From Octopus sinensis (taxonomy: Eukaryota): DNA of 64,000 nt. The notes under the pieces are model-generated. The model had not been told where the DNA came from, ran no database searches, and saw only the letters and a list, made by a program, of their open reading frames with translations. The position numbers and the translations under genes are program-made. Numbering within the stretch: position 1 is the first letter of the stretch; every line of letters begins with the position of its first letter. This document shows positions 25,582 through 38,032 of the stretch, in pieces. Location: the NCBI RefSeq assembly GCF_006345805.1, contig NC_043014.1, forward strand, positions 46,438,001 to 46,502,000, given 5' to 3'.

Positions 25582-27199
25582 TTAATTAAGACTGGTCAAC
25601 TGTAATTATTCAAAACCTTGTCATTACTATATTTTGGTTGAAAAACTCTACCTTTGTTTTTGTTGATTTTGAAAATAACGAAGAATTTAACCAAAAAACT
25701 TTGTTATAATTAAGCTGGTGTTCAGAACATAAATTAGCATAAAACTTTGATGGAAAGTTTTTGATTTAGATTATTTTAAAACAGGGAGGTTGTATCAAAG
25801 AAGCATGAGGAATCCCTGGTGGGTTGGTATATAAAGGGTTTCCCCACTTCCAGCAATATTGTGATTAACATCATCATTGTCTTTATTCAAGGTGCCATGT
25901 AAAAAGCATGGGTGCTCCTTCCATGTAAAAGGCACTGGTGATGGTGCCACGTAAAATGCGTCCAGTACACTCTGTAAAAAGGTTGGTATTAGGAAGGGCA
26001 ATCCAGCTGTAGAAACCTAGCCAAAACAGACTTAAGGCAGGGAGCTGGCAGAAACGTTAGCACGCTAGGTGAAATGCTTAGCGGTATTTTGTCTGCCATT
26101 ACGTTCTGAGTTCAAATTCCGCCGAGGTCGACTTTGCCTTTCATCCTTTTAGGGTCGATAAATAAAGTACCAGTTACGCACTGGGGTCGATGTAATTGAC
26201 TTAATCCCTTTGTCTGTCCTTGTTTGTCCCCTCTATGTTTAGCCCCTTGTGGGTAGTAAAGAAATAGGTATTTCATCTGCCGTTATGTTCTGAGTTCAAA
26301 TTCCGCCGAGGTTGACTTTGCCTTTCATCCTTTCGGGGTCGATGAAATAAGTACCAGTTATGCACTGGGGTCGATGTAATCGGCTTAATCCGTTTGTCTG
26401 TCCTTGTTTGTCCCTTCTATGTTTAGCCCCTTGTGGGCAATGATGAAATAAGAAACCTAGCCAAAACAGACTATGAAAGATGGTGTTGCCCCTAACCTTG
26501 TCAGTTCCTATCAAGCTTTCTGGCCCATGCCAGCATGAAACATAAATGTTGAACGCCAGTGATGATGAGGATGATGATCTCCATAACTACCAGCATTGTT
26601 ACCATTCACTTCTACCATCACCATTATTATTGCTAGCTCCTGCTACCATCAACCACTATCATCATCATCATCATCATTGTTTAACGTCCATTCTCCACGC
26701 TTGCATGGGTTGGACGGTTTGACCGGGGATTTGGGAAGCCAGGAGGCTGCACCAGGTTCCAGTCTGATCTGGCAGTGTTTCTACAGCTGGATGCCCTTCC
26801 TAACGCTAACCACTCCGTGAGTGTAGTGGGTGCCTTTTACATGCCACCGGCACAGGTGCCAGGCAAGGCTGGCAATGGCCACGATTGGATTGGTGCTTTT
26901 TATGTGCCACCGGCACGGAAGCCAGTCAAGGCGGCATTGGCATCGGCCACGTTCGGATGGTGCTTTTTACATGCCACCGGCACGGAAACCAGTCAAGGCA
27001 GCTCTGGCATCGGCCACATTTGGATGGTGCTTTTTACGTGCCACCGGCACAGGGATCACAACTGCAGTTTCCACTATCATCTCGCAAATCTGCTTTCACC
27101 AATACACACCATAACCATCGCCAATATTGTCTTTATATGTCACAGTTTGAATTTTTGGTGGATATCATTTCGTTGATATGCTAATATTCTTTTCTCTAG

Positions 27200-27377
27200 C
27201 TTAACTGGATTCACTGCACTGGTTCATACCAACTGTGCTGTGCCATGGGACATAGAGTTTTCCAGCAATCAAGTTTCCTGGCCAGGCTTTGTCAATCCCG
27301 GACTTCTTCTTCTGCTTTATTGGACTGTTGCATTCCAATGTCGCCACTGGATATACGAACAAAGCACTCTGAAAATG
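27200..27377 (+). CDS. PIEZO: Piezo 178-nt exon, phase 2-0: (R)LTGFTALVHTNCAVPWDIEFSSNQVSWPGFVNPGLLLLLYWTVAFQCRHWIYEQSTLKM
   Basis: tttctctAG acceptor. Resembles Piezo1 TNCSSP...WPVYASPGVLLLLCY. The donor atg|GTACTT is weaker than the others, so the 3' boundary is less certain. Confidence 0.88.
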
Positions 27378-27381
27378 GTAC

Positions 27382-27422
<41 letters not shown>

Positions 27423-27423
<1 letters not shown>

Positions 27424-27642
27424 TGTTTGACTTTTGCTTTACATTTGCACAACCTGGCTCCAAGTCTCGCCCAGAGACGTCAAGAGACAACAAGCTGGAA
27501 GTTCATGTTGGTGTTATGCCTAGGGTGCCATATATTTGGTTTTGTACTTAGTGTTGTACTAGTGAATGCCTAAAAAAACCATACGAAAATCATGTTTGTT
27601 TTAAAACTTGAGATAACATAGAAAGTATTTTGCATAGGATAT
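27423..27642 (-). mobile_element. Very short 3' end of the same R4/Dong-like family within (TAA)n
   Basis: Reverse complement matches 12230-12470 (last codons ILxKILSM plus 3' UTR). Microsatellite on both sides. Confidence 0.85.
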
Positions 27643-27660
27643 TTTTATTATTATTATTAC

Positions 27661-27690
<30 letters not shown>

Positions 27691-27697
<7 letters not shown>

Positions 27698-28000
27698 TCT
27701 GCCTTAGCAAAGGTAGAGGTGTTGTTTTCAGTCATGTTTGTTTGTTTGGTTATCTATGGGCAAGATATCTCAAGAACCACTGAATGGATTTGGATGAAAC
27801 TTTCAGTCAGGGATCTTTGGCCTCGTGACTGGTGCGAACGGATTAAATTTTGGGATCAATCCGGTACCCGACAAGAATCCTGGATTATTTGTTATATTTA
27901 CTTTACTTTTCATGAAGTATTATGATCTTACATTGATTTCAAGTCTTTCTCTGATTATCTCCCTTGAAAGCATGCTCATGGTTTCCACGTAAGTGAAGGT
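27691..28000 (+). mobile_element. Helentron/HINE (DINE-1-like) non-autonomous element, right boundary uncertain
   Basis: TATTACCTCTGCC...GGTAGAGG hairpin, then GTTGTTTTC, (GTTT)n and GGATTTGGATGAAACTT, resembling HINE architecture from memory. Confidence 0.5.
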
Positions 28001-28289
28001 GGCGTTGCTGTTTCCAAAGTTTTAATTTTGTTTCTCTATTTTAATTTTACTCGCGTCTCTATCTTGTGACCGCTTGTGAAATCCACATATTCCCACGAAA
28101 CTTCTTCCACCGCCATGGTTCGAGATGCCTCGAGGGTGGTGGAAAAAGCCGACTCGACCCGGCCAGGGTGAATGTCGCCACAAGTACAAGTAAGTACAAG
28201 TACATGGAGCTGAAGGAGATGCGTCCATGTGTATCATATGCAAAACACAGGGCTAATAAAAAGGTTGTCTGTCATAGCAGAATTGATGC

Positions 28290-28803
28290 CAGTGTTGGTT
28301 CCACATAAAATGCACTCCTGCTGGTGCCACATTAAAAGCTTTCATGCTGGTGCCACATAAAAAGCACTCCTGCTGGTGCCACATTAAAAACACTCCAGCT
28401 GGTGCCACTTTAAAAGCACTCTTGTTGGTTCCACATTAAAAGTACTCCTGCTGGTTCCACATAAAAAGCACTCCTGCTGGTGCCACATAAAAAGCACTCC
28501 TGCTGGTGCCACATAAAAAAGCACTCCTGCTGGTGCCACATAAAAAAGCACTCCTGCTGGTGCCACATAAAAAGCACTTGTGCTAGTGCCACATAAAAAG
28601 CACTCCTGCTGGTGCCACTTTAAAAGCACTCCTGCTGGTGCCACATAAAAAGCACTCCTGCTGGTGCCACTTTAAAAGCACTCCTGCTGGTGTCACATTA
28701 AAAGCACTCCTGCTGGTTCCACATAAAAAGCACTCCTGTTGGTGTCACTTTAAAAGCACTCCTGCTGGTGCCATGTTAAAAGCACTCCTGTTGGTGCCAC
28801 ATA
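28290..28803. repeat. Minisatellite, ~26-bp unit CTCCTGCTGGTGCCACATAAAAAGCA, about 20 copies
   Basis: Direct inspection. The unit matches the GGTGCCACGTAAAAAGCAC sub-repeat of the RTE-like retroposon. Confidence 0.93.
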
Positions 28804-29627
28804 ACAAGCCATTGGACTGCAGCCTGCTGAGGTTACCACCTTGCGGGGTTTAGTCAGACAAATCAACCTCAGTACTTATTTTTTTTTAAGTGCTTCCAAT
28901 CTCTTATTCTATCAGTCTCTTTTGCTGAACTGCTAAGTAACAGAGATATAAACAAACCAACACCAGTGATAGAGGACAAACATAACACACACTCTCACAC
29001 ACACACACAATGGGATGCTTTCAATTTCCGTCTACCAAATCCTCTCACAAGGCCTTGGTTGGCCAGGGGCTGTAGAAGAGGACACGTACCCAAGATGAAA
29101 TGCTGTGGAATTGAACTCAAAATCAAATGGTTGGGGATGCAAGCTCTTTAACCACACAGCCACAGCTACAGATCTATGTATAGATTCATTTGATTTACAT
29201 GATAAATGTTGAGCTAAAAGTGGTAATATTTGTTGACATTCTGTGTCAACAAATTGTTTGCCAGTTCTGTGCTTTTCAAGATGTGAAATAAAAGAATCCT
29301 TTGTTTGTAAAACAGGTGAGGTTTAGTGACAGAAATAGCCTCTGATTGTTTAAAAAAAAAACAAAGAACAAAAGTCAAGCTGGAAAGCATATGCTCGTCT
29401 CACCCCGGTACCATGGGGGAAATAGACATAGAATGAGTAAACAGACTACTGTTCCTCAAATTCTATAGAGTTTTGTGGCTGTGTGGTAAGTAGCTTGCTT
29501 ACCAACCACATGGTTCCGGGTTCAGTCCCACTGCGTGGCACCTTGGGCAAGTGTCTTCTACTATAGCCTCAGGCTGACCAAAACCTTGTGAGTGGATTTG
29601 GTAGACGGAAACTGAAAGAAGCCTGTC

Positions 29628-29665
<38 letters not shown>

Positions 29666-29689
29666 GTGAAGGTGTTTGGCTAGTGGTTT

Positions 29690-29925
29690 GGGGCATTCGG
29701 CTCAAGATCGTAAAGTTGTGAGTTCAATTCTTGGTGATGCATTGTGTCCTTGAACAAGACACTTTATTTCACGTTGCTCCAGTCCACTCAGCTGGCAAAA
29801 ATGAGTTGTACCTGTATTTCAAAAGGTCAGCCTTGTCACACTCTGTGTCACGTTGAATCTCCCTGAGAACTATGTTAAGGGTACATGTGTCTGTGAAGTG
29901 CTCAGTCACTTGCATGTTCCGTTGA
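29690..29925 (+). mobile_element. tRNA-derived SINE family C (other copies about 13935-14480-, 46375-46525-, 13430-13515+)
   Basis: B-box GAGTTCAATTC followed by GTGTCCTTGAACAAGACAC..TTGCTCCAGTCCACTCAGCTG core, seen again in reverse at 14100-14480 and 46400-46520. Confidence 0.7.
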
Positions 29926-29985
29926 TCGTATCAGCTGGGACCTTCGTCGTCGCAACCGATGGAGTGCTCCTACCTACCTATATAC

Positions 29986-30022
<37 letters not shown>

Positions 30023-30557
30023 TGTGTTTGTCCTCCTACCATCACTTGACAATCAATGCTGGTGTGTTTGGCAAAAAAGACCGATAGAATAAGTGGTTTG
30101 GCAAAAGAGACCGATAGAATAAGTACTAGGCTTACAAAGTCCTGGGGTCTGTTTGTTCGACTAAAGGTGGTGTTCCAGCATGGCCGCAAGTCAAATATCA
30201 AACAAGTAAACAAATAAAATAAAAAAAAGAATATATATAAAATAAAAAAAAAAGACTTTATATATATTCCTATTGAGAGAACAAAAATATTTGAAAAGGA
30301 AAACTTTTTTATGCAGGAATATAAAAGAGATATTTGCATTTCACATTATCTCTTAATATCCTTCCACCTTCTATACTGATGGACGATAACGGTGATTCCA
30401 TGAGATTAATGTTTGCTTATCATTACCGATATGAAGTAATCGGTCAATAAAATTGACATTGATAGCAACAAAACAAAACAAACTTTATTATTTATTTTTT
30501 TTTTTTGGGTTTGTTTTTATCTAGTCAGAAATTCTAATTCTATACCTGTGTATATTA

Positions 30558-30594
<37 letters not shown>

Positions 30595-30597
30595 TTA

Positions 30598-30761
<164 letters not shown>

Positions 30762-30771
30762 TAGATTTGGT

Positions 30772-31320
30772 TCTGGGATCCATCTATAAATGTCAGTAAT
30801 GACTCTACAACCATGCCAACATAGAAAACACAGTAAAATCACAAACAAACACACACACACACACGTTTGGAGGGGTGTGCAGCTATAGAAGCAAAGCCAA
30901 AAAATGAAACCCAAGGGGGACATGTGGTTCTGTGATCCAGTTATAAATGTCAGTAACGACAGTCCAACCATGCCAACATAGAAAACACAGTAAAATCACA
31001 AACACACACACACATGTTTGGAGGGGCACCCAGCTATAGAAACAAAGCCAAAAAATGAAACCCAAGAGTGAAACCCATGTGGTTCTGTGATCCATCCATA
31101 AATGTCAGTAATGACAGTCCAACCATGCCAACATAGAAAACACAGTAAAATCTGAAATACACACACACGAGTTTGGAGGGGCACCCAGCTATAGAAACAA
31201 AGCCAAAAAATGAAACCCAAGGGTCACATGGGGTTCTGTGAGCCATCTATAAATGTCAGTAACAACTGTCCAACCATGCCAACATAGAAAACACAGTAAA
31301 ATCACACCCATACACACACA
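30772..31320. repeat. Tandem repeat, ~150-157-bp unit, about 3.6 copies
   Basis: TTCTG(G/T)GA(T/G)CC...CAACCATGCCAACATAGAAAACACAGTAAAATC recurs near 30772, 30929, 31083 and 31233. Confidence 0.9.
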
Positions 31321-31730
31321 CATGCATGTAATATCATACATAAACAACACCCACAAAGAAGACAGGAAAATGTATATCATTTCAAAGCCATAATTTTTAG
31401 CAGAGTCAATAAAATTGGAAAATTTCGTTAGATCTCTCCCCGCTATTTCTCAGCAAGAAAGGCTGCCTTTTCTCTCTCTCACTAAATCACTCTCTCTCAC
31501 TCTTTCTCGCTTCACTTGTTTCTTTGTTTATCTCAGAGGCTCTTCCTGACATCAACAATAATTCAGCCAACCTTGTATTGTAACATATACACTCACTTGC
31601 ACGCAGACAAGTGCAAATAACATATACACATATATATATTTATGACATTTTGTTAGCAATCAGGTTATTGATATCTGATGATACAATTTCACAGTTGATG
31701 ATATATTATTATGTATTGTATTACATATAA

Positions 31731-31770
<40 letters not shown>

Positions 31771-31964
31771 GTTGAAATTTACAAAAAAACAAAAATCAAA
31801 GACAGGTGTATAAACAACAAGCAGGTGTATTAGTTTGACACTCAAGAAGGTGAGAAAGTGTTTTACGTTTCAAGTCTGCGCTCTTCAACAGAAAGGAACA
31901 CGAGGAAATAAACAGAGAGAGAATAAAAAAAGCTTGTGGATTTAGTGGTCAATTATGACAACTG

Positions 31965-32025
<61 letters not shown>

Positions 32026-32628
32026 CGCAGGAGTGGCTGTGTGGTAAGTAGCTTGCTAACCAACCACATGGTTCCGGGTTCAGTCCCACTGCGTGGCATC
32101 TTGGGCAAGTGTCTTCTGCTATAGCCCCGGGCCAACCAATGCCTTGTGAGTGGATTTGGTAGACGGAAACTGAAAGAAACCTGTCGTATATATGTATATA
32201 TAGATATGTATGTGTGTGTGTGTTTGTGTGTCTGTGTTTGTCCCCCTAGCATTGCTTGACAACCGATGTTGGTGTCTTTTTGCCGAACCGCTAAGTGATG
32301 GGGACGTAAACACACCAGCATCGGTTGTCAAGCAATGCTAGGGGGACAAACACAGACACACAAACACACACACATACATATATATATATATACATATATA
32401 CGACGGGCTTCTTTCAGTTTCCGTGTACCAAATCCACTCACAAGGCATTGGTCGGCCCGGCGCTATAGCAGAAGACACTTGCCCAAGATGCCACGCAGTG
32501 GGACTGAACCCGGAACCATGTGGTTGGTTAGCAAGCTACTTACCACACAGCCACTCCTGCACCTATATATGCATAGACACACACACATACATACTTGTAA
32601 TATAATTTTTTTGTTTTTTTTTTTGCAG

Positions 32629-32715
32629 ACAACTGACGTCAAATCAGCCTCAGCCTATATTGTAGCCAAGAGACGGGTTCATCATCATCGCCGCCATTCT
32701 GGATCTGAGCGGCAG
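32629..32715 (+). CDS. PIEZO: Probable Piezo loop exon, phase 0-0: TTDVKSASAYIVAKRRVHHHRRHSGSERQ (possible extension to 32742 adds VVPPNASDK)
   Basis: Strong poly-T tgcAG acceptor, a GC-richer open frame, and cag|GTAGTG or aag|GTTTGG donors, both in phase 0. Fits between two phase-0 junctions. No recognisable homology (variable loop). Confidence 0.7.
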
Positions 32716-33433
32716 GTAGTGCCGCCGAATGCTTCAGATAAGGTTTGGTGGAATTTCAATTCCAAAGAGCTGTTGTCGCCATATTCTCATTGTTGTTCAA
32801 TATTTATTCAAATTTCTTATTAACTTCGTTAAATTTAAGCTTTAATCTTCAACAACCTGGAAACTCGAAATCATCTTACCTCATCAAACAAAACTCTCAT
32901 TCTGCAACATTCTCAATTGTCGGTCTTCATTAGCCCACCTCCAATGAAAACCTACTTTAACTCTGCTTAAAATATGCTAAGAACAGCAGATTGCAAAGCC
33001 ATATTGGAGATAATTTACCTTTGGTTTAGAGAGGTGTGTTTCTATAGATATCGACCCTGTCATTCTATCTTCTGAATTATGTTCCAATAAGTGAAATAAA
33101 AAGATATCATTTTAGTGTTCTACCACTTTCTGGAATCTGTTTGCTCTGACTTAGCGTCCTCTGGCTTTCCGTGTTCATACAAGAGATGATAATGAAGTTT
33201 TATGTGAAGGCAAAAAATACAGATGGTCGAGTCCGATGTATAAATTGTGTAGTAATTCATATTAGGGAAGCTAGTTATTGCAGTTGAGCATAAATGAGTT
33301 TATTGATAAACGTCTGTTGCAGATGCAGAGTTCTTTGAGTCTTTAGAGCATCAATCTTCATGACAGCATCATAAATAAGTCGATTTTGGAAAGCCTGTCC
33401 TTATTTTGATGATTTCTAAATCTGCAGCCAGAG

Positions 33434-33477
<44 letters not shown>

Positions 33478-34261
33478 CAATAATATAGGGTGAAATTAAT
33501 TAATTTAGAAATAATCATTAATTTCACCAAGTAGAGTTCGGCATGTAAAAGACCCATTTAAGGAAGGTTTAAGTAATACTAATTAATTAAGGGTTCTTTC
33601 TAAAGAATAGCCAAAACTTTTTGACTGCTATTTCTAAATTCGGTATGTGGTGAGGCAAATCGTTGCTGAACCCTTAATTAATTAGTATATATATATAAGT
33701 CAATAAATGGTGGGGTTGTGTTAACCGCACATGGAGAAATGATAGGAGAGGAAAAAATAATAAGGCAGAATGCTAAAGTGAAAGTAAATTTTAATAAAAA
33801 TGGGTGTATGAAAAACTGAAAAAGAAATCAAACTGGCTTTCATTGAAAATTTGCCTTGGAATGAAAGCCGGTTTGATTTCTTTTTCAATTTTTCATGCAC
33901 CCATTTTTATTAAAATTTACTTTCAATTTAGCATTCTGCCTTATTATTTTTTTTTCCTATATATACATATATATATATATATATATTTGTGTATATTTCT
34001 GTGCAGTTGTCATGTACGACAAATACAACCAGCTCATGGTACCTATTCACAGCTGGATAGTATTGGTTATTACTGAGAGTTAAATGTCTTTGCTAGACAT
34101 ACTGTAACGGTAGTGATGGAGTAGGTGCACCTGAAATTCTTTGAAACATTGATTTCTCTCCTATTTAACTCAGCCAACAATGGTTTTATCATTTTGTCCG
34201 GCTCATATTATTCATATGAAATAACTCATCTGTTACTATGTTCATCTCTGTCTTTTTTTAA

Positions 34262-34481
34262 CCCTTTCGTTACTGTATTTCTTTTGAGATGCTCTGTGTT
34301 TCTTTCAATTACTTTAAATATAACAAAGAATTTAGTAAGATATCTTTATTACCATTAAGATAGTGTTAGAAACATAAATTGTGACTAAGGTTTGGTGGAA
34401 GATTTTAATTCCAAACTTATGAAAACAAGACATTTGTACTCACAGCCAGAGCCGGTTTCAGCCGGGTTGGTAACGAAAGGG
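34262..34481 (-). mobile_element. piggyBac-like MITE family A (220 bp)
   Basis: Perfect 12-bp TIR CCCTTTCGTTAC/GTAACGAAAGGG flanked by TTAA on both sides. Confidence 0.9.
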
Positions 34482-34984
34482 TTAAGAGCATCTTTGCCTG
34501 CTGATTCTAAAATGTTTATTTACCTCTTTGTTATTCTAATATTCGGTGTTGCATGTTATATAGTCTTTTGCTTGGACATTGCTATGTAATTTGCATGTAT
34601 TAGTTTTTGTGTTCTTAACAAGCCTGAAATAGTCACAACATCCAATGTGCTTGGCATTCTTGCATTTGTCTCTTCCGTTATATCACCACAGGTAAACTTG
34701 CATGCTTGGTGTTTATGCTTTTCCCCTATTTATTAGTCTACAAAAGAAAGGTTTTTACCCACAGATGACTGTGGTTCTCTTACAGAACAGAGAATCCTAA
34801 AACGAAATACAGCAGTTAGTTGTAACTCCGCATGTTTAATGTCTTCTCCAAAGATGCAATTTGGAACCATTATTATAATGGAAACCATAAATTCCCCGAT
34901 TAGGCTGAAATGCTAAAAAGCTGAATAACTGAAACTTGTCATTATGTGCTCATTGTCCAGAGTGTGACACAATAATTAAATACA

Positions 34985-34991
34985 AGAAACT

Positions 34992-35027
<36 letters not shown>

Positions 35028-35392
35028 ATGTATATATATGTGTATGTATATATATGTGTATGTATATATATGTATATATATGTATATATATGTATATATA
35101 TGTGTATGTATATATATGTATATATATGTGTATGTATATATATGTGTATATATGTGTATGTATATATATGTGTATATATGTGTATGTATATATATGTGTA
35201 TATATGTGTATGTATATATATGTGTATATATGTGTATGTATATATATGTGTATATATGTGTATGTATATATATGTGTATATATGTGTATGTATATATATG
35301 TGTATATATGTGTATGTATATATATGTGTATATATGTGTATGTATATATATGTGTATATATGTATATTATATATATATATATATATATATAT
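34985..35392. repeat. Compound (TA)/(TG) microsatellite with higher-order periodicity
   Basis: Direct inspection; source of the CIYMCMY-type ORFs. Confidence 0.9.
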
Positions 35393-35631
35393 CCAGTTAG
35401 TGCTGACTGTTAGAAAGAAGATTACTTGATCCTATAGTAGAGATTAATAATATTTTATTTTAGTTGACTCAGTCTCTTGCTACTCTGAGTTTTCCCAATG
35501 AGTGCATGAAGCTTTTCAGGCAAGTTCTGACCTTGTAACTTGTCTGAAGACCTCGTGCATTCGCATGCAAAACTCAGAGCAGCAAAGAAGATGACTCGAC
35601 CAAAATGAAATATATATATATATATATCTAG

Positions 35632-35876
35632 AAATACAAAATGGGACAAGAACGCAAAACATTCAAATAGACGATACAAAAAAACGGATGGGTCATTCGA
35701 AGCTTCTAATCTTCAGTCAAGAACCGGATCATCCTCGCAATTTAATCACTCAAGATTAATCAGCCGAAATTGCGAGGATGATCCGGTTCTTGACTGAAGA
35801 TTAGAGACTTCGAATGACCCATCCGTTTCTTGTATCGTCTATTTGAATGTTTTGCGTTCTGTCCCAGTTTGTATTT
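35632..35876. repeat. Long inverted repeat, ~110-bp arms with 23-bp spacer
   Basis: 35632-35743 is nearly the reverse complement of 35767-35876. Confidence 0.92.
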
Positions 35877-37450
35877 TTATATATATTTTATATACATATA
35901 TATATATATATATATATTTTATATACATATATATATATTTTATATACATATATATATAGATATATATATATATTTTATATATATATATATATAATATTTT
36001 ATATATATATATATATATATATTTTATATATATATATAATATATATATATTTTATATACATATATATGTATATAAATTACAAGTTCTTTATATTTTTGTG
36101 TACTTAATTGATTTATATACCTAGATGTGTGTAGACTTCTCTACTGGAAATACTCGTTTCTCGAAATCATTGTTCTTTATTTATTGAAACTGTCACTTGC
36201 GTTTGCATAGTTATAGATTTTCGTGATTATTTCTCCTCTAAACGACTCACACCAGAGCATCTACTTTGCATGCGGTCACGCACAAAGCTAGAAATCTCAG
36301 CTGTTTTCTGAAGCACATTTTCTGTTTTTTAATAATTTATGTGAATTTAGAAATAATTACAGTGTTTAAAACCTCATTCGATTCACTATTGCTATGTTAA
36401 ATTAATTAGTTTCTGGCATCTCTCCCTAGTTGTAGTTTCTCTCTTCTCAGCAACCTTATCTCTATCAAATATGTGATGAAATTTGCCGGGTCATATGTTC
36501 TGATCTTTCTCTTATTGCACCTGACACTCTTTATAATTTTTCACTTTATTCTCTTTCGTTGAATGATCCTGAAAGCATATGTCTGTGTGTGTGTATGCAC
36601 ACTCACACACACACATAAACATTATAATGCTCAATATCTATTTTATAGCATTTAATTAGTTAATAAGCTAGATGAAAGAATCTGAAGAAAGGCAAGACGG
36701 TGAGCTGGCAGAAATGTTAGCATGCCGGGCGAAATGCTTAGCGGTATTTTGTCTGCCATTACGTTCTGAGTTCAAATTCCGCCGAGGTCAACTTTGCCTT
36801 TCATCCTTTCAGGGTCGATTGAATAAGTACCTTACCTTTCGCCTTTTCGGGGTTAATAAAATAAGTGCCAGTTGATCAATAGGGTCGATACAGTCTGAAA
36901 TTGCTGGTCTTGTATCAAAATTTGAAACCAATATTATTCTGTTACTTCTCTTGGCCATTCTTGGATTTTACCTGTTTCATGGAGCAAAAGCAATTTAATT
37001 TTTTATTACTTCCTGACAATGAAGTGTCGACTATCTCAATTGAATAGTAACAATGGTGTGGTGATGTTTGTTGATAGTAAAAATAGGGTAGGTGGCAATG
37101 GGGTATAGTGATGGTGACGTAGTGGTGGTGGTGGTGGTAATGAAATCGTTAGCTGGTAATGAAACCAACAGCTGAGAGAGTATAATTACATCTGAATTAC
37201 ATCACTTGACCTGTGCTATTTACATGAAGTCTCTTAAATGAGGAAACATGTGTAGATAAAGGCTTCTTACATGAATAGCTTGTTTACAAGTCTGAACATG
37301 CTTTTAGCATACTCGAACTGGTGTTAACATTGCATTTTGACTCATCATTACTTAGTGCATTCTCCTTGTAAAGTTTTCTTAGAATATGACAAAATGAATG
37401 AAAGTTACAGATAAGGAAATAATTTTATTCTCAAATGCAGGATAATGCTA

Positions 37451-37481
<31 letters not shown>

Positions 37482-38032
37482 CTGATGCAGTACCAGGCAG
37501 TGGCTCTCATAGCTTCTGATCTTGACTGATTGGAAGTGTTATCATGTACATTGTTTTGTCTTGGTATAAAAGATGGGCTACAGCAAATATTCTGCTCAAT
37601 ACCACAGATTTGCTTGTCAGTTGTTTGACTTTAACCAGTTGAGCATGTCCCTTAGTGGTTGACGATATGTGCATCTCTGATCACGAGCAGAAGTAGTGGG
37701 GGAGCATCATAGCCATGTGTTGAGAGGGATTCTTTGGGGTTTGAATAATTCACCTCTGGAAACATGGGTGGTTTTTTCAACATCCTTAAACAACCCTTAT
37801 TCAGGGACCGTTTGAGCGGGATGGGCTACTCGACCAGAACAAAATTCTAACTGGGCCCCACCTGCAAGGTCATGTGCTGTTTATCTTGATATGAGATCAC
37901 CATGTCGCGCACATATGGTTGTGATGCATGTGCCTGGTGTGCCCTTATCAGACGGGTAGTCATGATGGGTATATTGGGCTTCGTATATTTTACCCCAGTG
38001 TCACTTTGATGGCATGCACTGCTCTCTCACTC
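37482..38032 (+). mobile_element. About 550-bp non-coding interspersed element flanked by (TAA)n, probable 3' UTR of another TAA-targeting retroelement
   Basis: GC-richer block with sharp boundaries into (TAA)n on both sides. No ORF recognised; family assignment is inference. Confidence 0.5.

Noticed and set aside
32750-33440. Possible decayed reverse-transcriptase-like sequence on the minus strand
   Set aside because: Only vague resemblance (MR*DDF, IISC) with many stops; not enough to call.
34007-34075. Possible exon after tttctgtgcAG
   Set aside because: The phase-0 reading hits TAG and the only donor-like site gives phase 2, incompatible with the flanking Piezo exons.
34765-34815. Possible exon after ttttacccacAG ending at GTTAGT
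   Set aside because: Open only as phase 1-0; phase 0 has a stop. No compatible upstream phase-1 donor found.
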